Positions 11,990 to 23,157 of a stretch of DNA of 64,000 nucleotides are shown here, piece after piece. The DNA is taken from the NCBI GenBank assembly GCA_950097015.1, contig CATNEN010000037.1, positions 1,488,001 to 1,552,000 of the forward strand. The letters are read 5' to 3'. The notes under the pieces are model-generated. The model was given only the letters and a program-made list of their open reading frames with translations. It was not told the DNA's origin and did not search any database. The DNA is from Macrostomum hystrix (lineage: Eukaryota; Animalia; Platyhelminthes). A program made the translations under genes and the position numbers. The stretch's first letter is position 1; the number at the start of each line of letters is the position of its first letter.

Positions 11990-12570
11990 AAACCAGGCTA
12001 TTGAAGTGGACGTCGCTTGTGACTCGTTTAACGATTGGACCAGGCGGTGAAGAATCTATTGTCAGAGCATCGGACAGTTGACGCTTCTTCTGTGTTCCTC
12101 TGTACCGACTCTGGCCTCTTGTGACCGGTAACACATTGAATGTCGCCAACAGAAATGTTTGGAGCCCTCTGAAGCCAAAATGTGTACACAGCTTGAATGA
12201 TTGTAGAATTGTAGGCTTGTTGAATTGACGATGAAGGCCAGCACGGAAGCCAGCAAGCGTGCTGACGCTGTAAACTTGTCCATCTGCCCTTTTCAACGAT
12301 GCAAAGACGCACGTACGTACTCAATGAGATACCTTGGCGGCATGGTGTCGATGAAATCAGGAAACCTGTTTCCCGAATTTCTCCACACACTGTCTTGTTT
12401 TTGCTTCGGTAGAGACGACGCGTGAGGCATTCTCGTGAGGCGCTCACTTCATAAGTTGTTAGCTCCCAGAGTTGATTGTCGCTACTCGCTTCGGCAGAAA
12501 GATCGTTTACTAGAGCATCCAACAGGCCGTTGTCGAGCGCCTTGCTGAATCCGTACTGATTGAGCATTCA
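11990..12570 (-). pseudogene. Internally deleted, frameshifted Crypton-like tyrosine-recombinase remnant
   Basis: Joining frames gives 'MPPRYLIEYVRAxFASLKRADGQVYSVSTLAGFRAGLHRQF' fused almost directly to 'YNHSSCVHILASEG...DIQCVTGHKRPESVQR'. These match the N-terminal and catalytic C-terminal blocks of the ORFs at 54.5-55.9 kb and 63.1-64 kb. Confidence 0.65.
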
Positions 12571-13004
12571 CCCACGACCACAGAGTTGGCATACAAAGTC
12601 GATTACATCACGCTGCAACCCGCAAATCTCGTCTCCTTCTCAGAACTCTCAGGTCAGGTCATTAACCCTCCGCGCCCGCCCTTGAAATCAAGAAGTAATA
12701 TAAAGCCAGCAGGTTGTCTAGGGCAGAAAGGATAATGATTAAATATTGTAATCAAATGTACTTTTACCGATGCACTAATTTTGTACTATATTAGGGCAGC
12801 TGTTCAGCGAGAAATCGAGAGCGAGTTTGGATTTAAAAAATAATTTTAGTGTTTTACTCTGTGGCTAAAGTCATCTGTGGAGCAGATAAACTCACAAAAC
12901 CAATTTTTCGTCTAAAATTCTAGAAAGCCCAGTGTGCAGAGGATTCACTTCAAATAGTTGAATATAGTTTTTCCAGAATAAATTTAACAGCAGCAATAAA
13001 GCGG

Positions 13005-13719
13005 ATGAAGCGGCTGAAGCACAAGCAACACCCGGAATTTCTCGTATCGGACGCTACCTCGCAGGTTGACACCGACCGTTCAACGCCACCAGCAACCGTT
13101 GAGTCGCAGAATTCTAGCGCATCGATTCGCTCCTCCGACACGCACGACTGGCAGGCTAACGAGGCCGATGGCTTTGAAATAACCGGCTCCTTCATCGCCA
13201 AGTGAGCATGAACAGCACAACCCAACCCGCAGGATAACTTAGAGTCTTGAAGTTTAGGACATAGAAGTTCAATCCTATTTTTGTGATATCTCTAGTGACT
13301 TACTTGACTAAGCAAATACTTTTTTGGTTGTGGTTGTACTCCGCATTAATCCACTAAGGGACGAAGACAAGCCGGTCGAGGACAACCTTGTGCGCAAATT
13401 TGCATTCCTTGGCATCATGTTTCTCAGCCTGACCATTGCGGGTGACACCATGCGCATTGCTGAGGAGACTTACGCGTTCCACTATGAGAACGGCCACCCG
13501 GAGGTCAGGATCGGCATATTCGGCCAGCTGTTTGTCTTGTCTATCTCCTCCTGCATGTCGGTGATTGGCACCTTGGGCCTGGTGCTATTGTTCTCTCTGA
13601 CTGCCCAGGTGGCGCACGTGAGCCGGATCCTGTTGACCAATGAATTATCAACTATGCGCACCATCACTGCAGATGAGGCGCGCTTTGTGCGCATGATGCT
13701 GCCTGATGACGGCAACTGA
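13005..13719 (+). CDS. Uncharacterised protein with two predicted transmembrane helices; exons 13005-13201 and 13359-13719
   Basis: Phase-2 intron (gtgagc...ctaag) joins two ORFs (AA|G = Lys). Hydrophobic stretches 'FAFLGIMFLSLTIAG' and 'IGIFGQLFVLSISSCMSVIGTLGLVLLFSL'. An acceptor 'tttaacag' lies just upstream of the ATG. I do not recognise the family. Confidence 0.6.
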
Positions 13720-14460
13720 GCTGAACTCGACACTTTCAAGTTGATTCGTTCGCACACTTACCATTTGCGAGTTAACTTATTTACTCTTACGGAAGTGAAT
13801 TACATAACGACATCAAAACCTTAAAAATAGGAATACCACGCTTATTTTTCACCCTGGGACAGACCATGGGGTATTTTATTCAACTGTGTCAGCGTAAGAT
13901 CTGGGATACCTTAGGCATGACCAGTGTGAGACGATAGAATATACAATTCTGTGGTACATAAATACGAGTATGTTATGGGTCAGAAGGCAGTTGGACAGAA
14001 GTGTATTTTAAGAATAATAAGTTTGGCTCAAACGAATACTAACAGTTGAAGGACCGTAATTATCGTAAAGGGCGAATAATGTTGATCCATTTGGTGGAAT
14101 TTCACAAAAATCGGTCATTCGGTTTGGGAGCCGTCGTAGGGTAGGCAACTTGCACATTTATCTCTGTCGTCTGCTCTGCTAACAATTTTTGCTACGGCAA
14201 TAATTGCGTTCGGGTCATTCCGCCAACTCCTAAGCGCAGACACGCGCACAGTGGATGTACGCTGTAGGTTTTCATGGTCAGGCAGTGAGTGGTCACTCAG
14301 ATAACTTAGTTCGAGAGTCAAATAATCAACACAAAAAGTGGCACAAAGTTATCAAGTTTTTTTTCGAACAGAAATCTCAAATGCATTCGATAGCATTCAA
14401 CCATTATATGTACAAATTCATTTTAGAGTAGAACCAATGACCCCGCAAGCGCCGGATAAG

Positions 14461-14931
14461 TTAACAGCTCGATGGCGAGCGGCGGACCAGCTGGTCAAGC
14501 AGCTGCGGCCAGTCAGACAGCGGAGGCGCCAGGATGCACAGGTAGCCCTCGCCAGCCGGATCGCTGACCGCCAGGGCCGGCTCGGCTGACAATCGCTGAT
14601 TGACTTCGATCAGCTTGCCGTTCACCGGACAATGGACTGGCGACGGGGGCGGAGGCGGCGAAGTTGAGTCGGCGATCATTAAACTCAGCTCGCAGAGCTG
14701 GCCGCCTCTGCGCAAGAACTGCCCGCCGCGCTTCTTCTTGCCGCTAACTTTGGAATCGGCGCGCTGACCAAAGTTGACAGAGTGGACAACAGCAGCGCTG
14801 TCACAGATGGCCGGATGCCGGGGTCCCAGGCAGAGCACCAGCAGCCGGTTGGAGTGCACCAGAACAGTCACGTGACCATCCGCAGTCTCGTAGCGAGTGT
14901 AATACCTGCTGATGGGATCTGTGGCCAGCAT
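14461..14931 (-). CDS. ABITRAM: Abitram/FAM206A (Simiate) homologue
   Basis: 'SRYYTRY...HSNRLLVLCL...HP...SKVSGKKKRGGQFL...CPVNGKLIEVNQRL...GEGYLCIL' follows the FAM206A motifs. The frame stays open upstream to 15012. Confidence 0.85.
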   Translation of the reverse strand: MLATDPISRYYTRYETADGHVTVLVHSNRLLVLCLGPRHPAICDSAAVVHSVNFGQRADSKVSGKKKRGGQFLRRGGQLCELSLMIADSTSPPPPPSPVHCPVNGKLIEVNQRLSAEPALAVSDPAGEGYLCILAPPLSDWPQLLDQLVRRSPSSC

Positions 14932-15704
14932 GCCGTCGAGGTAGTTCGAGCAGCAGCCGGGACCGTGCCCACCGTCGCCGCCGCCGCCACACTTGAACTC
15001 GTCCAGTTGTAGCTTTTTTGTTTTAAATATTTACTACTTGTAGTAGGCAAAATAGTAGCTGAAAAGTCGAAGTCGAAATTAAAATTTCAAACGCTTTATA
15101 AACGATGATTCGTTGATTTTCTATTAAATGAAAATAAACAAACCACATAAACAACAAGATAAACAATGAAGCCATTGTGTCAGATTATCAAAAAACAATC
15201 CACTACTGTGTCAAAAAGTCCAGCTAGACATTGTGAACTGAATTTGCTTTATATATTTTTCAGCAAGAACTTTAGATAAAAAAGATCGGACAATGATATC
15301 TAAACACGATAAAAATGAGGAAAGCTAAAAAATTAGTGACAAGACGAACAAAGCGAATAGAAATTGATTAATTATTATTATCAAAATAGCATAGACGACT
15401 ATCATTTGCTACAATACAATCTGTAAGCTATACGCATTTGTTATTCAATATAATCGGTTCGTACTTTAAAATCTACCTATTACAAATCTACTTCATGTAT
15501 TTGCTAACTATATGCTATCTACGCCTAGATAGATTGTAATGGGGCATTGTCAGAAAAAAAAGCAAAAACACATATGCAGCTGCACTGAGGTGAAATGAAA
15601 GATAGGTTCAGTATCAAGTAGTACAATGACAGAGGGAATGTCACACACGCCATTCCCGTCGCTTGATAGCTCAAATATTGTTCCAAATATTCAAGAATAT
15701 TCGA

Positions 15705-16655
15705 ATCTCATCTATTAATAGACCCGAATCTCATCCATTGATAGAAACAAATCTCATCTATTGATAGACAGGAGTCTTATCTATTGATAAACAGGAATCT
15801 CATCCATTGATTGATACAATCTCATCTGTAGATAGACACGAATCTCGTCTATTGATAGACCCGAATCTCATCCATTGATTGACACAAATCTCATTCAATG
15901 ATAGCTACTAATCTAATCTGTTAATAGACCCGCATGTTGTCAGTTGATAGACACGAATCTTATCGTTGATAGACACTAAACTCATCGGTTGATAGACACG
16001 AATCTTATCTGTTAATAGACACGAATCTCATCTGTTAATAGACACGAATCTTATCTGTTAATAGACACGAATCTCATCTGTTGATAGACCCGAGTCTCAT
16101 CTATTGATAGACCCGAGTCTCATCTATTGATAGACCCGAGTCTCATCTATTGATAGACCCGAGTCTCATCTATTGATAGACCCGAATCTCATCTATTGAT
16201 AGACCCGAGTCTCATCTATTGATAGACCCGAGTCTCATCTATTGATAGACCCGAGTCTCATCTATTGATAGACCCGAGTCTCATCTATTGATAGACACGA
16301 ATCTTATCTGTTAATAGACACGAATCTCATCCGTTGATAGACACGAATCTTATCTGTTAATAGACACGAATCTCATCCGTTGATAGACACGAATCTCATC
16401 TGTTGATAGACACGAATCTCATCTGTTGATAGACACGAATCTCATCCGTTGATAGACACGAATCTCATCTGTTGATAGACACGAATCTCATCTGTTGATA
16501 GACACTAATCTCATCTATTGATAGACACGAATCTCATCTGTTGATAGACACGAATCTCATCTGTTAATAGACACTAATCTCATATATTGATAGACACTAA
16601 TCTCATCTATTGATAGACCCGAGTCTCATCTATTGATAGACCCGAATCTCATCTA
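15705..16655. repeat. 23-bp minisatellite, intergenic
   Basis: (gatagacccgagtctcatctatt)n and (gatagacacgaatctcatctgtt)n variants. Confidence 0.95.
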
Positions 16656-17247
16656 TTGATAGATACAAAGCTGGTCTTATCTCATTGGAAAAGTTTTCTC
16701 TAGCAAAAATAAAACGAGGCCAGTAGAAGCAAATGAAATACAAGCAAGATATTTATGGACAGAGCATCATCAAGATCCGAGATCTGACATAGTTATCGAT
16801 GTAGAACATACCGGGTGAAGTGCTCAAACGGCAAAGAAGCCTTATAGCCGAACAGTTGCAACATAGAGGGACAATAGATTCTACTCAGTTTTAGTCGCTT
16901 ATTACATATTCAATTGCTGAGCCTAAATACGATGAAATGGCAGGATATAAGTCAATTTTTGAAAAAGAAACGCGACAGGCTTTGCACACTACTTAGGATA
17001 TCTAAAACCGAGTGTTATGTAAAGAAATAATCTATAACTATGATAAATTAGTTAGTGAAGTCAATCAGCTATAGAGAAATAGCTAATATATATACACCCA
17101 TTATAAGTTTCAAGAAAGCGAATGCGAGACGTACATTTAGAAAGGAACTACTTACTGAATTTAGTAGTATATAAGGATAAGCTATAGAAACAAATTAATA
17201 CTCGCGACAGATTGTTACACCATAATGGACATGGGCTGAACAGACGA

Positions 17248-20200
17248 TTACACTGACAGACAGTTGATCTCAACATCCTCCTCCTGGTATTTGATTGGCA
17301 GGCACTCGCCCAGATTGCGCGAGCTGTCCCGACCCAGTCTGGCCACGCGCTCGCGCAGCAGCAGGCGGCGCCGGCGAACTAGTTCAGCCAGACTGGTATT
17401 CGCCTTGGCGTCTGTTCTGGCCGAGCTGCACGATTGGACGCAAGCGCCCCCGGAGCCGCCGCCACCGCCGCCGAGGTGCCCGATGCCCGGTCCGCGTCCA
17501 CGCCGACAGCGCAGACGGCCAGACTCGGCATCCGGCAGTGTCAGAGCCGATGTTAAAAGCATCTGGTTGAGCAGCTCCGAGTCCGGGTCGTTGATGGCTG
17601 AGATAAGCGACTGGTCGGAGGCCATCATCAAGTCCAGGGCCGCCACCAACGAGGAGGTGGTCTCGTCGGCCAGGCTGAATGCGGCCGCCGCCGCCGAATC
17701 GACGGCCTCGTCCACGCCGCCGGTAACAACGCCGGCGCCATTGACAGACCCGGCGGTGACACAAGCCGCGTCCGAGCCGGGGCCGGCAACCCCGGTAGGC
17801 AGGCCGATCAGCGAGGCCACATCGCCGGGCACCTGGCCAGATAAGTGATCGGCGAAGTGGCTTTTAAAGTCGGGGAGATTGTCGAATGACGATGCACAAT
17901 CGGTTACTGGGCAGCAGTACACCAACTGCTGCTGCTGCTGCTGTTGCTCCAACTGCTGATGCTGACAAGACGGCGGAGACGGCGCGTGAATTGAAGAGTC
18001 GGAGGAGACTGCCGCGGCTGGCGATGAGGCCGAAGAGACGCCGCTGCAGCAGCAGGCGCCGCCGCCACCAACACGGCTTGATAGTCGGCGACAGCAGCAG
18101 GGCGACGGCTCACTAGCCAGTCGACGCGGTTTCGGACGATGCAAGGACAGTCCGCCACTGCCAGTTAGGCCGCTAATGCAGCTGCCGCTAGTGCTCAGGC
18201 TGGCTCCTTCACCCATGTGCCGATGGCCGCCGACGCGAAATTCGGTCATCGGGCAGTCGGGTGAGGACGATGTGGCTGGCAGGTCCACGGTCTGTCAAAT
18301 GGAAACAGATAAATTATTACTTATGGCTTTTGAGGGATACAAATCTGAAAGGTAGCAGCTAACAACCAAACCTGAGGATCTGAAGGATGCTAACAACCAA
18401 ACCTGAGGATCTGAAGGACGCTAACAACCAAACCTGAGGATCTGAAGGATGCTAACAACCAAACCTGAGGATCTGAAGGATGCTAACAACCAAACCTGAG
18501 GATCTGAAGGATGCTAACAACCAAACCTGAGGATCTGAAGGATGCTAACAACCAAACCTGAGGATCTGAAGGATGCTAACAACCAAACCTGAGGATCTGA
18601 AGGATGCTAAAAACCAAACCTGAGGATCTGAAGGATGCTAACAACCAAACCTGAGGATCTGAAGGATGCTAAAAACCAAATCTGAGGATCTGAAGGATGC
18701 TAACAACCAAATCTGAGGATCTGAAGGATGCTAACAACCAAATCTGAGGATCTGAAGGATGCTAACAACCAAATCTGAGGATCTGAAGGATGCTAACAAC
18801 CAAATCTGAGGATCTGAAGGATGCTAACAACCAAACCTGAGGATCTGAAGGATGCTAAAAACCAAACCTGAGGATCTGAAGGATGCTAACAACCAAACCT
18901 GAGGATCTGAAGGATGCTAAAAACCAAACCTGAGGATCTGAAGGATGCTAACAACCAAACCTGAGGATCTGAAGGATGCTAAAAACCAAATCTGAGGATC
19001 TGAAGGATGCTAACAACCAAATCTGAGGATCTGAAGGATGCTAACAACCAAATCTGAGGATCTGAAGGATGCTAACAACCAAATCTGAGGATCTGAAGGA
19101 TGCTAACAACCAAATCTGAGGATCTGAAGGATGCTAACAACCAAACCTGAGGATCTGAAGGATGCTAACAACCAAACCTGAGGATCTGAAGGACGCTAAC
19201 AACCAAACCTGAGGATCTGAAGGATGCTAACAACCAAACCTGAGGATCTGAAGGATGCTAAAAACCAAATCTGAGGATCTGAAGGATGCTAACAACCAAA
19301 TCTGAGGATCTGAAGGATGCTAACAACCAAATCTGAGGATCTGAAGGATGCTAACAACCAAATCTGAGGATCTGAAGGATGCTAACAACCAAATCTGAGG
19401 ATCTGAAGGATGCTAACAACCAAATCTGAGGATCTGAAGGATGCTAACAACCAAATCTGAGGATCTGAAGGATGCTAACAACCAAATCTGAGGATCTGAA
19501 GGATGCTAACAACCAAACCTGAGGATCTGAAGGATGCTAACAACCAAACCTGAGGATCTGAATGATGCTAACAACCAAACCTGAGGATCTGAAGGATGCT
19601 AACAACCAAACCTGAGGATCTGAATGATGCTAACAACCAAACCTCAGGATCTGAAGGATGCTAACAACCAAATCTGAGGATCTGAAGGACGCTAACAACC
19701 AAACCTGATGATCTAAAGGGTGCTACCATTTCAGGCATGCAACACACCACAGGCTCGGCTAGTCCGGCAGCGGCCAGTAGCATTCGCTGGTGACTGGCCA
19801 GAGATCGCCGGCTAGGAAACCGCCGACCACAGTGCACGCACGCGTGCCTCTTGGCGTGACCGTTGCTGTGCCGACGCAGGGCGTTCTGGTGATTGGTGGT
19901 GAATGGGCAGAGCGGGCAGGCCAGCTGGGCCCTGGGCGTGTTGCTATGCCTCTCGGCGACGTGGCGCGCCCGTTCAGCCTTGGAGGTGAATAACTCAGTG
20001 CAGGTGGCGTGCGGGCAGAGCCAGCGCCGGTGTCCGCGCAGCAGATGTCGCTGAAAATAGCTCCGGCTGCCGACTAGACGTTCCGAACAGAGAGGGCAGG
20101 TCAGCGGCTCCGAGTGCAGACTGTTGACGTGCCGACTGAGGCCTTTCCGACTGCGAAACATTCGCCCGCAGCTGGGCCAGTCGCAGGCCAAATAGCCGTG

Positions 20201-22006
20201 CGCCGCGCGCTGATGCTCCCGAAGCTGGTCGGCGTTGGCAAAGGCCACCGCCGACGCTGAGCAAGTCGGATAGTCGCAGAACAGCAGCGTGGCGTCGGCG
20301 TCTTCAATCAGCGACGCGGCCGTTGCAGTGGGCACCGCAGGCGGCTTAGGCGCCGCAACAAGCAAAGAGGCGGACGCCGAGGCAGACGAACTCGCTGAGA
20401 GTTGCCGATTGCAATCAGCGACTGCTGGCAATGAGGCCGACGACTGTACGACGATATCGACGGCTGTGTCCAGATCGACGTCAACAGAGGCGGCACTATT
20501 GACGGCCACCGAGGCAGTTTGAGCAGTCGGAGTCTCCGGCGTTGGGGTTGGAGCTTGCGACTCAAAGTATACAGAAGCAGAAGCGGCGCTGGAAGATGAA
20601 AACACAGACGGCAGCGACGGTGGCTGCTGCTGCTGTTGCTCCAGCGCCAGCGACGGCTGCGGCGTCGGAGGCTCAGACGAGTCGATCAACAACTGGCGAC
20701 TGATCGGGCATTCCGATAGTGGGCGCCTCAATGGTGGAGGATGCGCCCCGGCTGACTGGCCTTCAACTGACACGGCTGGCGAAGCGGAGGCGTGCGTCGC
20801 CGTCGATTCGTGCGGATCAAACGATGTGAGAGCGTCAACCTAGACGGGCACGCGAGTGGGAGATTTAGGTTTTGCTTATTGAAAGAAGCGAGACACTGCT
20901 GACAGTAATAACAATATCAAAGCGACTAACCGGATCAAAGCAGGCCAAGCCGCGAGTGAAGCTGGCATCCAATGACAGATTGCGGCTGCGCGACTGGAGC
21001 ATAGAGGATGACGCGGCCTGCGGCAACGGCTGCGGCGGCCGCCGACGAGAACGAAACACCGCCGAGGCTTCGCCTAGAGGCGGCGTCGCCGTCTTCGCTA
21101 CAGACGTAGTTGACGCCGCCAGCTGCCATTACCGCCGGCGACGCGCCAGGCGAATAGCGGAGCGGAGGTGGCGCTGGCGTAGGAGCGCGACTCGCTAGTT
21201 GGAAACGACAATGCCGAGGACGTCGACTCGCCGTCGCCTTCGTTGTCGCCGGCACCGGTACCAAAGACGCCATTGGCTAGCGAAGCTGGACGACAATAGC
21301 GAAACATCATTGGCTGCTGGAAACACGCGCTTAGATCAGCAGCGGCCGTGTTCACCTGCGGCCTGGGCATGATTAGATTAACCGGATCTAAACGGCGCAA
21401 CTGAGGATCAAAAGCTGGCGCCGTCAACTGGGCGCAGTTAGACGAAGCCGGGCCGCCGAACAGTACGGCGGAAGCGCCGGAAGGAAACGGGGCGTCGATT
21501 AGCGAGTCTACTAAAACAGATTCGCCCAGGCCAGCGAACGAATCGACCATGTCCCACTGCGATGGAGGCAGGCGCTGTAGAAAATGCTGCTGCTGCTGCT
21601 GCTGTTGCACCTGTATTGCAGGCTCCGATTGTTCGTGAGCAGCGCAGCACAGGACGTCCTGCACATCCAGGGCGCTGAAGTTGGGCAATTCAATGCTTGG
21701 ATCCAGCAGGGAGCTGAGGGAGCCGCAGCGTTGCAGCGGGCGCGGAGACAACTGCGGCGACGGATTCAAAGAGCGACTGCCGCCGTAGGAGATTAGACAG
21801 TCGGCTGGGACATGGCCAAACTGCTGCTGCTGCTGTTGTAACTGCTGCAATTGCTGGTGCAGCAGCGCCTGCTGATGCTGAGGCGGCATCTGCGAGCCAG
21901 AGAAGCCGGAGAGCAGGCCTAAAGAATTCGACGTCGCTTCGTCGCCAGCCGGCGGTGACAAGCAGCGTCGGGGACGGACGCCGCCGAATCCGGCGCCGAC
22001 GGGCAT
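17248..22006 (-). CDS. Multi-C2H2 zinc-finger protein with Gln/Ser/Ala-rich regions; exons ~20931-22006 (frame break near 21130-21180), 19727-20839, 17248-18291
   Basis: Six C2H2-type fingers in 19727-20839 (e.g. 'CDWPSCGRMFRSRKGLSRHVNSLH', 'CPLCPFTTNHQNALRRHSNGH') and one in the last exon ('CPVTDCASSFDNLPDFKSHFADH'). The last two exons are whole-codon lengths. Exon 1 needs a 1-nt correction or an alternative intron. Confidence 0.75.
18358..19710. repeat. 31-bp minisatellite filling the zinc-finger gene intron
   Basis: (gctaacaaccaaacctgaggatctgaaggat)n. Confidence 0.95.
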
Positions 22007-22138
22007 CGACGGCAGCCTCTGCGCTGCGGCTGACGAGTACTGCTGCTGCTGCTGTTGAAAGATTTTTATTCCGAGATGTTTTTAGCTTTAAAACAGTACA
22101 GAAAAGTAGGAGGTGTGGATTTCTATCCCTAGTAACAA

Positions 22139-22322
22139 TAATAATGGATTACACCTGACTTAATTGGGCCAGATGTGCAGCCGACAGCACAGCCGCAGCT
22201 ATGGCGCGGCGCACCTGAAGAATGCGTACAGTTGTTCAGTCCATGGACTGAGAGACGCCACACCCGGCTAAACTTATTTCCGAATTGTAGGGTCTACTAT
22301 GTGCCCTTATTCAGTTCAGTTA

Positions 22323-22363
<41 letters not shown>

Positions 22364-22627
22364 TGATTACACCTGCCCCAATTGGGCCAGATGTGCAGCC
22401 GACAGCACAGCCGCAGCTATGGCGCGGCGCACCTGAAGAATGCGTACTGCTGTTCAGTCCATGGACTGGGGCGACGCCACATCCACCCCCAATTAACAGC
22501 TGGGTGAAGTGAAGCAATGCAGAGTTAAGAGTCTTGCTAAATGACACAAATTGTTCCAGTATAGTCGGGAATCGAACTCCCGACCTTCAAGTCGTAAGTC
22601 AGACGCTCTAACCACAAGGCTAAAACC
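22139..22627 (-). mobile_element. CORE-SINE family A: full copy (22323-22627) followed by a spacer and a second 3' SINE part
   Basis: tRNA-like head with A/B boxes ('tagccttgtggttagagcg...ggttcgattccc'), CORE-like block 'gtgtcatttagcaagactcttaactctgcattgcttcacttcacccagctg', and (TAT)n tail. Confidence 0.85.
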
Positions 22628-23157
22628 TGTACTACAGTCCGTACAATCTAAAATCTACCATAAAGGCTACAATCGCTAATTAAGTTCATATAAGCAGGTA
22701 ATACTACTGACTATTTCATCAATCTAAAACTTCATCAATGAACTAAAATGCTACGCCTACTTCACACTCGTAGTAGGAATTAATTGTGAAGTCAGGAAAA
22801 GTTTAGCGAGGAAAGCATGGTAAATAATACCAGGTTACTCGTGTAATTTTATGAAAACAAGCGCAATTAAGAAAATCTGATACCCAAAAAACTGACTAAA
22901 TAAATGAGAATTTTATTTATTGAGACTATACTCGTAGAAGTATAAAACTGACAATTCAATTAAAAATGCAAAACAAATTTTCCCTAAGCAAAAGCATCCT
23001 GGCTAATAATAAACAAATTCGTTCAACGAACGATAGCTCGGTAGTTTGAACTATCCGTCAATGTTCAGATATAGAATGCTAAGCGCATAACAACCCTCGC
23101 ATTTCTTCATCAACATTTTTACAGTTTCAAATGCTAAGAAATATGAATTAAAGTACA

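Noticed and set aside
14932-15014. SL-AUG start for Abitram at 15012
   Set aside because: The frame is open and in phase, but the acceptor (caaaaaag) is purine-rich and the gene's own ATG at 14931 already precedes the conserved region, so it is not needed.
4531-22158. Many antisense or alternative-frame ORFs over GC-rich exons (e.g. 5061-5369, 17264-17848, 20872-21198)
   Set aside because: They are shadows of GC-rich coding sequence and (GGC)n runs of the real genes.
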